Assembly: GCA_973895155.1 (NCBI GenBank)
Contig: OZ316892.1
Coordinates: 28,048,307 to 28,112,306, forward strand
From: Marsupella aquatica
Taxonomy: Eukaryota; Plantae; Marchantiophyta
Direction: 5' to 3'
DNA: 64,000 nt
The position numbers and the translations under genes are program-made. Below, one piece after another: positions 48,411 to 60,000 of the stretch. The notes beneath the pieces are model-generated. The model did not search any database, was not told where the DNA came from, and worked only from the letters and a program-made list of their open reading frames with translations. Each line of letters starts with the position of its first letter. The stretch's first letter is position 1.

Positions 48411-48830
48411 AGACATGGGATTGCAACAGGGAGGACAGCTTTATCAGGCCTTTCTGTTTGTTGCTAACATAGGATTTTGAAACAACGAGAATAGATTTAC
48501 CAGGCTTTTGCCTTATCAGTTTGTTAGTGACATAGGATTGCAACAAGGAGAACAGCTTTTCCCGGCTTTTCAGTTTGTCTAACATAGGATTGCAACAAGG
48601 AGCATTGCTTTCCCAAGCTTTTCAGTTTGTTGCTCTGGAGAACTTTTATTAGTTATTTCACCTTTTCAGTTTGTTGCTAACATAGGATTGCAACAAGGAG
48701 AACTTCAGTTCTTTTGCAATTGCTGAGGGCTTTAGGCTTTCTGGTTTTCCCTTGTTTTTTCCCCTCAATTGGGTCTCTTGCCTTTGGGATCATGTCTCCC
48801 GGTTTGGTTCTTTGGGAGTGTGATATATGG
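48411..48830. repeat. About 53-bp degenerate tandem array x5, joined to an inverted copy of the 10.2-11.3 kb repeat
   Basis: TTTCAGTTTGTTGCTAACATAGGATTGCAACAAGGAGAAC-type units recur between 48411 and 48710. Confidence 0.75.
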
Positions 48831-51099
48831 AATAGCACAATGAAAGCTAGGCACAAGTTTTTGATGATAAAGTGACTAAGGGCACTTTACACCTAGAGTG
48901 GCTTAGGTGTGTCCAATTGAGATTTCAGAATGTTGTTCCTATTTTATAGGGTACATCATTTTCAGATGTGTGTTTTAACCATATTTAGATAGTCTCAAGT
49001 TCATTTGTGCTGAGAGTTTTTATGTCATTGCCTAGCTTGGGACCTACTAATTTATTTTACAGTCTTGAAGAATCATGGATTCTCCGAAAGTTTCAGATAA
49101 GAAAGAAAGGAAAAGGAAATAAACAAGTGGGTTGAGATTGAGAGAGGGGAAAAATAAAGGAAAGAGGGAGAGGGTGGGTAACATGGGGGGAAAGAAAGTT
49201 GGGGTTGCAATTATAATAGGTGGGAGTAATGCACTAGAATGTTTCTGGACATAATGATGTCTTAACTAACATACTTACCTCAATTCCTACCTCTGTTCCT
49301 TCTGTACCTCTTGCCTTAATTCTTGCCCATTGCCAGTTTTTTTGATGGACTATCTTTTACACCACATTTATATTTTTGTAATAACAACATTGGTGACACA
49401 TGTCTTGGTCTATATTCTCCTTAGTGTTTTTACCTCTTCCCTACACCTGCAACTTTTCCCTTCTTTTTTCACTCTCTCCCCATCCCTCTCAACTTTTAAC
49501 TCTCCTCCCTATCTACAACTCAATCATATGCATTCATTTCCCTTTTGATAATCATTTGAGCACTTTTGGTGTGACTGTACATCTTCTGTATTGACAACAC
49601 TTTCCCTCAACATCACTTGATAGTATGTTCAATTTCTCTTATGCTCCACAATACCTTTGCTTGACATCATGACCATAGCATCAACACTTTTGCAAAATTA
49701 ACATGGCCACAGTATGAGTCCACACTCATGCAATGCACAGGCAGTTCAGACTAGTACAATTAAAAGTATGGAGCTAGATAAACTGTGTCCTCTCCGCGTG
49801 TTGCCATTTTATGATAGAAGCACTTGCCACTTCATCTTGGAGAAGCAATTGAGATGTATCAAAGAAAACGCAAAGAAAGTTTCATGTTCAAAATTTGAAT
49901 TAAAAATAATAATTCAAAATTGTTTTTAACTATGGGATGTTCTTATTGTACAAGCGCCCCATGCATCTCTGCAAGCTAGATGAGATGGGCCGCATCCATA
50001 TGGTACAGCTGCAGGATTTTAACCAGAGAAAACATTCTTTTTCTGATGGGGTCTGTACATTGATCTTAGCAAGGTCAGATGAGATTGAGCCCATCTCAAC
50101 TACCCAGCCGAGATAGGGGCTGAGATATGCAAAGGTGCAAAGGCTTAATCTCAGTTGCTGAGCTAAGATTCACTAAGATCTAGGTTGGATTGACTGACAA
50201 TTGATATCAATGCCTGATAGCAGCTGACTATTGTTGTGGAACAAGGAAATTTTGGGTGTTAAAATGAAATAGCAAAACTAAGGGCACAAAACTGATTTGC
50301 AATGGAAAATGGATCATCGTGTGTCTACTGGCAAACACTAGTTATTAAATATAGTGTGGCAAATGGGAGACAATTCGTCTGGCCAAGAGAGATCATGATT
50401 TGACTGTAACCTGAAAGGATTTTGTGCCACTCCAAAAGATCTGACATAATGGAGAAGTGTTGAAAATATTGAGTAGTTGTCATCCTTGGGATCCTAAGCT
50501 ACTTTTTGACAAAGCATTATTTTATACATTTAGCACAAAACATGAAAATATGCTACAAATACTAATAAAGTTTAGGCCACTAAAATAAGGAATCTTATAT
50601 ACATATTTTCTATCCAATCATGACTTTAAACTCTTTCCAGACTTCACATCAGGGGGTCTCAAGTTGTCACTAGGTTAAAAACAATTTAGAATAATTTGAT
50701 CCTGCAAAGCAAGATGAAAAAGGGAGGCTCTCCTGTTAATTATGGTTGTTTGTCAAATGTGCCATGAAATAACCCTCACCGCTAAGCATTATGTTTCCAT
50801 ATGCATGTACTTAGACCTAAGCTAGTGGCCATGTGGGTCCCTCACATACAAACACCCTCATATCCAAACCTTTATGCCTTGGGACAACTATCTAGTCTTC
50901 TACATGTATATTATAACAAACTAAGGACTCTCAAAATAGGTCTTGTTTAAATGTGATGACAAACAAATAAATTTGAAAAGGAGTGGGATTCAGTGGGATC
51001 AAATGTGAATGGTTAGGTAAGCCAGTAGTGTTTTCTTGATCATTGAATCTACCAAATGCATTTTCTACATAATGCTGCCATTTCATTGTAGGTTTGTTC

Positions 51100-51760
51100 T
51101 ACCTCTGCTCTTGCTTTCGCTGTCCTACCCACATGTTGTCCTTACTTCCTGTTCTAGTCTTTGTGTTACGCATATTACATTGCAGAAACATTTTTGCAAT
51201 AATGACACATTTTCCACAAGGACCACTTCTGCCACAATATCCATTTGTGCACCATGCAAGAACGTGCTATATGCTCTATACATCCGGACACAATAACCAT
51301 GGCGCCCTTTGTTTCCCCGGGTCACCTGATATTTGTCTCTTTGGAGAGACAAATGGAAGGAACAACTATTGTCCCTCTAGAACCCTTCTCAGAGCATTTG
51401 CAGCAGCCCTGGAAACAGCCAGGCAATGAATGAGTTTAGTGACATGGAATCTCTACTCCAAATTCAGTATCCCCATAGCATCGTGCCAAACCTCAGACCC
51501 ATCATCCCTGCTTGCAAGAAATCATTTCCAGTGTGGCAAAAGTGGTGTACTCGAGGGTGCGCTAGCATCCTTGACCATCTCTTGCCAATCTCATTGGATA
51601 TATACAGTGCAACATTCCTGAGACACATGGATGGCCATAGACATGGTGAACTGCAGCTCTTGCTGGCTGCTCGTGTTGTGTGCTTCAAGTTCAAGATTCC
51701 AGATGGGGATCACATCCAGGTAAAGCTTGGCAACAAGTACATGGCCCACCACTCACCTTG
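51100..51760 (-). pseudogene. Possible decayed CACTA (Transposase_21-like) fragment
   Basis: Minus-strand FHLSLQRDKYQ and CVRMYRAYSTFLHGAQMDIVAEVVL..CFCNVIC loosely parallel the LxLxTDGF and GVxxxDAY..F.L.A..DxPA..CPxC motifs; weak and by eye only. Confidence 0.3.
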
Positions 51761-51929
51761 ATACCGGGTCACAAATACTGTGACAAGTTGGAATGGTCTT
51801 ACCGTCTCAAAACTTGAAAATTATGGATGATGACATTTGGTCATAAAGAATAGGTCATTATTTTTTCACAACTCTGTAAAAACTTTTTTCTGTTTTTTCT
51901 TTCACAGCCTCTACAATGACTAATGGTTA

Positions 51930-52053
51930 TGACAAAAGACCAATTCTTATGACAAAAAGTTATGGACTACATATGAATTCTGTAGTACATAACTTTTTGT
52001 GTCCATAACTAGGGAGTTAAGGTATATCAAATTGCTAACTTTGAGACGCCCTA
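51930..52053 (-). mobile_element. Inverted counterpart of the 48033-48255 terminus (ends CGCCCTA)
   Basis: TTATGACAAAAAGTTATGGACTACATATGAATTCTGTAGTACATAACTTTTTGTGTCCATAAC; a second CGCCCTA end lies at 52283. Confidence 0.55.
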
Positions 52054-52299
52054 CGATAGTAGCATGATAAAGAACCATATGGTGGCTGACTTGCTGGTGG
52101 GAAGGGAGCAATAGTGAGTCTCAAACCTTTAGGTCCACAAAAAGATCCTTGGTTTGAAAGGACCAGTTTCAGACTGCTGCGGTCACAAGTGGTAGTACAA
52201 GCTTTTTTGTGTCCGTCACTTTAGTTATTGAAAAAATACATTATTCACAACCAGAGGCAAAATTGGAGGTTTGGGACGCCCTAATAATCATACAATTCC

Positions 52300-54065
52300 A
52301 GTGGGCCCAAAGCCCCTCATGAAACCTTAAGACAGTCCCACACGAAGGAATTCCTCCCTCTCGTCTATAAACAACATCGTGAAATTAAACCCCCGTCCCC
52401 CGTGCCCCGTGCCGGGAAATGACTATCTCACGGCCACGCCGACGACGGTCTGCTCCCGATCCATCCTAACCGTCGAGGCATGAAATGGACGTTCGGATGA
52501 GCCAATCCGCAGCACGGCGGGCGACGAAACCGGCCCGGTTATTTCATTTCCCGGCGGAGATTATTTACTCGATCCCGGGCCGTGCCATCTTTAGTAAGTC
52601 CCCCCCGTGGGACAACCCTAAAGCAGACGAACGAGTTGTTGACTGCATAAAGAGCGGACTGAGGATTTCCCTTAGCTCTCAGAGATCCTTCGTTCAGAGT
52701 CTTCATTACCCTCTTCGCATTCCGCTTCTTTCGTTTCCTTCGCTAGTCTCTCGAAAGAGGAGCAGAGCATTCTTTCCTCTCCTTTCCTTTGCTCTCCTTT
52801 TTTCCTTTCCTTTCCTCTTCTATTCTCTTCTCTGCTCCGTCACTTCTCTGCTCTTCGATTCGATTCGCGTTCGTCAGAAAGCGTGACGGAAGCGCTTCTG
52901 CTCATTCACATCCTCTGCTCGGTTTCGTCGTTGGAGGATTATTGTATTTGTGCGCTCTGGCGATCTCCTGTTTCCGCTCTAGGTCGCTCGGCGCTTTCTC
53001 GTTTACTCGCTCGCTCGCTCGCTCGCGCTTTGGCGAGGTCGTTCGTTGGTTCGTCTGCACGACGCTGTCGTGCGTTCGTTGGTTGGGGGTTTTGCACCAA
53101 CATTTTTGGCGAGCAGAGAAAGGGCGAAAAGCAAGGTAAAGGTGAGGAACATTTGTTCGGCAACGGTCGTTCGTTTGTTCATTCGCGAGGAGGAGGAGGA
53201 GGAGGAGGAGGAGGGGGAGGAAGAGGAAACGATTTGACTGGTTACTGAAGTATCAAACGGTGGGGAGAGAGGGAGGGGGTCGATTGGTTTGGCACGGACT
53301 GACGGAGAGCGCGCTTTGTTGTGGTGCCGTTGTATATTGGGGTGGGTGGATGAATCGTGAGCTTGCGAGGGCTCTTTGTGGTTTAGGGGAAGGAGGAGGA
53401 CTAATCCGGCATCTGCGGTGCGTTTGTCGGTGCTGGTGCGTGAGGGAGATACGAGCGTGTCGAGGAATCGAGTTTCAAGGAGGTGGTGGTATTGGTGGAG
53501 GCTCTGGTGGTGGTGGTGGTGGGGCATGCAGGTGAAGAAGCCGGGGGGACCGAGTTTAGATAGATGACGGGAGCGATGATTTCGGGTGTGTGCTTGCGCT
53601 GGTGACGCATGGCTAAATAGAATGGCGGAGTGAAGGACCTACAGACGGACGGACGGACGGACGGACGGTCGGTCAGGGAAGGGAAGTGGTCGAGGAAATT
53701 GAAAGACGAGGACGCGGTGGAGAATAGTTGGGAGCCCTCTGTAACATAGGAAGGGGAGGTTTGGCTGGCTAGGGCACATTCACACGCACTACGGAATTGC
53801 CCAAGGGAATGTGTTGCAGGAGGCAGATAGGAAGGCAATTGTACGGCTAAGGATAAAGTCGAGTTGTAGAAGCCAATGGTGTCTGTTCACACGTTTGGAA
53901 AAGTCGGATGATTAATCAAGGATACAGGTCTGTGAAGAAAATAAAGGGAATTGAGTTCCTTCCTTCTGCGTCTAGAGACGAAGAGTTTAAGCAGGAGGCG
54001 TTGGCGGCTTAAGGAATTTAGAAAGTGAGAGGTTGTGCAGCGTTCAGTTCCTGGGGAGTCGAGCC
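52300..54065 (+). promoter_or_regulatory. NOT1 promoter and 5' leader with a probable leader intron
   Basis: TGGGCCCA site-II-like motif (~52302), GC-rich 52390-52600, CT-rich leader from ~52670, candidate donor AAG|GTAAAG at 53136 and acceptor TGCAG at 54040 just before the ATG. Confidence 0.5.
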
Positions 54066-57000
54066 ATGTTATCTTTTGCATCCTCTCTTGCGAGCCAGAT
54101 TGGCTATTTGATTGCCAACTTAAACAAGAGTAATTTCAAGTCTGTTGCATTTGAGCTTAGTCAGGTATGGATAATTTTCTCTTGCACTTCCCCTCGTGCT
54201 GTGTGTTGGAGATTTTACACAATCATTGCTTTGCGCCTGGATTTTTTTAACAGTGATCTTGGCATTGTCTCGCTCGAGGTTGTGGCGTCATGTGAACGGA
54301 CACCTCTGTACAACGAACAACCGACCTAGCCAGATACACGAGATGGATTGTCGAGACCTGATCACTGATATGGATAGAGAAGGTTTTAGGGTTCCCATCT
54401 TCTCATGTTTGCTAGGATAGGGGCGGAGCGAACGTTTGTCCCCATGGGCTTTCACTGCTTCTGACGCTACGTGCATAATTTCTAAACGGATGATAACGCT
54501 TTCCTCACAAATGTTGCTTGCGTGTTCAATGAAGGGAAAGTCCGATTTTATTTAAGAAAGTTGAGACTCTCGCATTTGCTTTCGTCTCGAGGATCTGTTC
54601 CCACAGGATAAAGTTTAAGTGGTGAAAATGTTTTTCGTGACAGTTTCTTACCCCTTCTGGAATCCTCGGTGCTGAGTCGATTGTTTACGCTTGCGGAGGG
54701 GCCGCTTCACTTTGATCTCTAACGTGAAGGTTGTGTGGGTTTTTTTGGTATCAGTTAACGGAGTATGGGCTAGATGGAAGCGTGATTTTGCTCCGTATCT
54801 GCTTGGAGCAAGTGCACCTAAGGGAAGCAGAAGTACAGAACTTGCAGTTGAAGCTTGAGCTCTTGGCTTGTGTATTAAGGAAGCTCGTTCGACAATCCAA
54901 CTTTAGTACAATATTTTGCGAAGCAACGAGGCAAATTGTTTCACACAGCGACGACCATTTCTTGGAGAGTTTATCGCGATCGCTGAATCTGAATCTAGCG
55001 GAGCAAATTCGTATCGGTCTCGCCTTATTAGACGCAGAAGAATTGAAGCATCGGCAGGAAGGTAAATGCATGTGTCTGTGTGTGTGCACTAAGTCTGCCG
55101 GTCTGACTTCTTACCTCGAATGTTGTTTGTGGGGAAAATACAGGTTGTGAGCCGCTGGCATTTATTCATTTGTGTAATATTTCTTGCAGGCCAAAATTTT
55201 GTAGAGCTAAAGGTTGTGGAGTTATACCAGAATGGAGTCCCTTGGGGATCAGAAGCAGAAGCTTTGATTTCAGACATCTTGCGATTGCTCTTGCAAAACG
55301 ACGGGTTATCCAGGCATACACTGCCGCTGGTGACGGTCTTGTCAACAGTGTTTCCTCATGCTGGCGCTTCCTTACTGTTGACTCCTTGGGTTCACTGGGA
55401 AGTTAACGAAGTGAACTGTTTACGGTACGACTTTCGAGCGCGTAGGTTGACACTATTCTGAGCTTGAGTTTATCTTTGCATTTAGTTCTTTATTTGCTTA
55501 CAATTATATGCTTCGTCTGTGTTTTAGGAAGTTCGGCGAGTTCTCCGCATCAAGTCTTCCCACACAAGAAGATATGGTGCAACAGCTTTCTACTGCCACA
55601 AATGTCGCTGATGTTATGGAGGAACTAGGTTACGGTTGCACCAGTGATGTAGAACATTGCAAAGAGATCTTTAGCTTGTTCCCTGCTGTCAGTGAGAAGG
55701 ATGTTGCAGGACTGGTGGGAATGATTGCACGGACGCACAAAGGGCTGGAAGATTCACATGGAACTCATGGAACTTTCAGTACAGCACTATGTAGTGGAGA
55801 ACATCTGTCACCTGACCACTTAACAACATGGAATGTGGATGTTGTATTAGAGACACTGAAGGAACTGGTAAGCCTCTCACTGTATATCAACTGGTGATAA
55901 TTGTTTGTTTGCTAAGTTGTGTTAAGGTCTGGTTGAAGGGACACATATCTTGCCTGAACTTGTTGAGTTACAACCTGAGGATGTCCTCAGTTGTTAACGA
56001 CTTCTTTGTTTCGTTTCAGGCACCAAACCTGAATTGGGGGACCGTTATGGAGAGTTTGGATCAAGAGGGCTTCTTTCTACCTGATCAGAAGGCGTTTGCG
56101 ACCTTCATGTCCATCTTCAAAAGATCCTGTCAGGTGTGTGAGATAGGTGTGCTTGGTGTGGTCATTGCACAGAAGGGATTTTTTCTTCGAAATTAGCTAT
56201 CATTGCTATGTTTGAAATTGAGGAGTTTCTACGATGCGAAGGCAGCCCAGAACAAGCGGCATTGCTAATTGTCGCACTGGATCTTTCACCAAGTTTTATA
56301 GTCTTTTGAACAGCGCGGAGCTAATCTTTGATCCATATCATGAATTTCGGGTTTTCCTTATTTTTTAGAACATAGGTTCTTGTGGTATTGATTCTCAATA
56401 ATGCGCTCGCTTTCCTGTTACTGAACAAAGATGAAGCCAGCTTCCTTGCCCTTCCCCACTCAGAAGAAATGATGAGATAGGCTGAGGAGAATACCCTCTT
56501 CAGTCATTGCCGCATACGAACTTGTTTTAGTGCTCAGAACTATCTCGTTAGATTCGAATTATTCCTCCTGTAACGAAGTATTCCATAGGAAAGAGCGTCA
56601 TACTTAGCGTTAAGGACGATTGTTCCCTTGACATGTTGGTAAGGAGTCCGTGTTGTACCTGTGCAGCACTTACACCGTGTGAGTCGGTTTCTCTTTTTAA
56701 GCAGGAGGATTTTCCTGTCCAAGCAATTTGTGGGTCCGTTTGGAAGAATGGAGAAGGGCAGTTGTCCTTTCTCAAACATGCTGTGTCAGCTCCTCCCGAC
56801 GTTTTTACATTCGCCCATTCTCCAAGAAAACAGGTCTGGAACTTGTCTAAGTCGTGATCTCTCAGTAAATGTGAATTTGTAAGTCATGTGCCCTGTGCCT
56901 GATCGCGGGTATTTTCCAGGAGTTCAGCATGTCAAGTGCATAGTATCTCAATAATTATAAATTTGTGATTCAAGCTCACAGTATCTGGTTGTAAGTAGAT

Positions 57001-60000
57001 CCAGACGTGTAAGAGTTCATAATCTCTCAATAAATATGAAGTGGTAATCTAAGTTCGCGGATTTGATGGAGGTGTGTTCTCCTGCAGCCACCGCTTGAGG
57101 GCCTGCCAGGACAAAAGTTGCCATATGGTACTCCCAATCATGCTTGGCTATCTCTCGACTTACTAGAGGTGCTATGTTTCCTTGCGGAAATGGGGCATGC
57201 GACTGGTGTGCGCTCGTTGCTAGAATATCCCCTGAAGCATTGCCCTGAGCTGTTACTTCTTGGCGTGGCCCAGATCAAGGTTAGTTCTTTCTCCGAGCTT
57301 TACTTGTAAAACTCAAGAAATTGAAGAGAAAGATGGTTTGCTGGTTTGCTACACTTTGCAGTTTGGTGATGAAGACCGTGATAGTTGCCTGTTGTTTCTA
57401 CATCGCAGACGGATTGGCCTACTATACAATCTGAGATCTTTTCGGCCATCCTGCCAGCAATTTTCAACAGCTCCGCTCATGGTCCAGTTGTGCGGCAGCT
57501 TTGGTTGCTGAATGGTCAAGTTGTTACCCGAGGGATGGTGGACCTTCACTTGAACGACCCGAGCTGTCTCTCGAGGCTGTTTGATGTTTGCCAGGAGTTA
57601 GAGGTAGAAACGGGAAGAGTTTGCAGATACTACTATGATGTCATTTGAAAGTCTTCCTCCTTCCTCTTCACTGGTTTATAAATCTGTCTAACTGGGCGGC
57701 CCTCCGTGTTATTGCAATAAACTTGGATTTCTCATAAAATGCTCTTTAATCTCTGTCCAAAGAGAGCTTTTGAGTAACTTCGAGGTGTTTTTTCCTGATT
57801 TAGTCTTGTGGAATTGAAAAGATGCGGGTGCTCTAGAGTTCTTTCTCTACCCAGAGTAATTGCTGATTCTATATGTGGTTCTGTTGTTACAGGTATTAGG
57901 AGACATTCTGAACACCACACCATTTGCGTTTGCCATTGACCTTGCTGCTCTGTCATCAAGGAGAGAAAAGTTGAATTTGGAGAAATGGCTTCAGGACAAC
58001 ATTACTATACACAAAGATACATTTTTCCAGGTAATACTTTAGGGTCTCTTTCGTACTCCAACGTTTGTTTTGATGTTTTTCGGCTTTTAAGGAAGAGCCC
58101 GGAAATGGTTTTGATTGATTTCTTTCGACAGGCTTGTCTCAAGTTTCTGCGAGAGAGAAGACTTGCGGAGGCCAGAAATGATGGCCTAAATGGCTCTGCT
58201 TCAAGTGTGCAATGGGCCGCGCCGGTCAATAGTCTTTCATTGGACATGACTGCCATTTTCTTCAAGGTTCGTGCGTTCTCTTAGTTGGTTTCTGGTTGGA
58301 AATGATTATATTACCTTTACGGCAAGTGCATGAGATTGTTTTGCTACCTGATAATATAAATTCAAGAAGTCGAATAGAAATAGCATTTGTTTTTGCTTAC
58401 AATGCCAGTGTTGCATCACTGTTTCACTCTGGGATCTTCTGGACGCTTGAGAAGTCTTCGATGCTCTGCTGCTGCCTGTCAATTTAGGCCGCCTTCTAGA
58501 TTCCTGTGGAAGGAATTCTGTAAACCTTAGTACTGGTCTTTTGCAGGTTCTTCAAGCTAACGTGGGACAATTATCCTCAAGAGATTTAGCAGAGGAATTA
58601 AAGCGCGTATATACGGCTGCTATCCGAGTGAACCCACGGCTCCTCAGTGTTGGGGCCTCAGATCAGTCCACTTCCGAAGTCTTTGCAGCAGATATTGAAG
58701 AAGAAGCGAATTCGTACTTCCAAAAGATCTATGTTGGGCAATTAACTATTGAGGATGTAGTGGGTATGTTGGAACGATTCAATGAATCATCAGTTCAAAG
58801 GTGCAATCATGAACCTCCTGTAAATTTCTGCTGTAGAATCATACAGAATTGTCTTTCAAGCGTTCTAACTTCGCCACTCATGTCACTGTGATCGTTACTA
58901 TGACATGTTTCTGATACCTGGAGCCGTTCTTTATCAGGGAGCAAGAGATTTTTGCATGCATGATCCAGAGCTTGTTTGATGAATACCGATTTTTCCCGAG
59001 GTATCCCGAAAGAGAATTGAAAATTACAGCTGTGTTGTTTGGTGAGTTTTTGGCCTAAACCTTCCTGACGATGCTTGTAAAATATTCAATTTGTAAATTC
59101 CTACTTAAGTGTGTAGTAGTGAGCTTCGAGGTTATATGATGTAATATAATTTTTTACTTTTTGAGATGTGAACCAACCAACAACCAGCGATAAACTGAAT
59201 CGTTTGTCAATTCAAATCTGGTCGCTACTGTTCTATTTTTGAAGCGAGCGCAACCACGGGGCATTGGTGACTTGTTTTTGCAATGCCTCAAATATGGATG
59301 GAACTGTGATTATCACTCTATTGTCTCAAGCTCGTTTACATTTGTCTATGTAGGTTCGCTTATCAAGCATCAATTGGTTTCATCCCTCACGCTTGGTATT
59401 GCCCTGCGTTGCGTTTTGGATGCTTTGCGGAAGCCAGTCGATTCTAAGGTTGGTAATAAGGCATGGATTTTTCCTTGTACGCTATTGGAGATATGTAAGT
59501 TGAGCCTGAAACTTTCAGGGAAGAGTTGAACTGACACGTTTCCTTACAATTGTCAGATGTTCTCTTTTGGTCTCATCGCCTTGGAGCAATTCATGGATCG
59601 ACTGGTCGAGTGGCCGCAATACTGCAACCATATTCTGCAGATCTCCCACGTAAAGGAAACACATTCTGGCGTTATCGAATTTATTGAACTTGCTCTGGCA
59701 CGTGTTACTGCTAGTCAATCAGAACCAGCCGGGACAGTGCCCTCCGCTGTGGAGCAGCCTCAAGTTACTGGAGGGCAGGTCTTTAACCTAGGAAATAATG
59801 TACCTCCTGAGCCACCTGAAGTTGGTGACGTGCCAGATCTTACAGATCGGAGGGTACCTGGGCACGGATCATCTCAGCCTAGATTTGGAACAGAGGTGTG
59901 TTTGCTAACCGCGCTGGTTTGTGTTGTGTGGAAAGAGGTTGAGTGCGCTATCCAAGTAGGATAATGTCCCCCCCACGTCCACATTCCACCTTCTTTTGTG

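Noticed and set aside
52485-53838. Overlapping 60-174-aa ORFs with poly-G, poly-E, poly-H or poly-W
   Set aside because: They are translations of leader and intron microsatellites upstream of NOT1.
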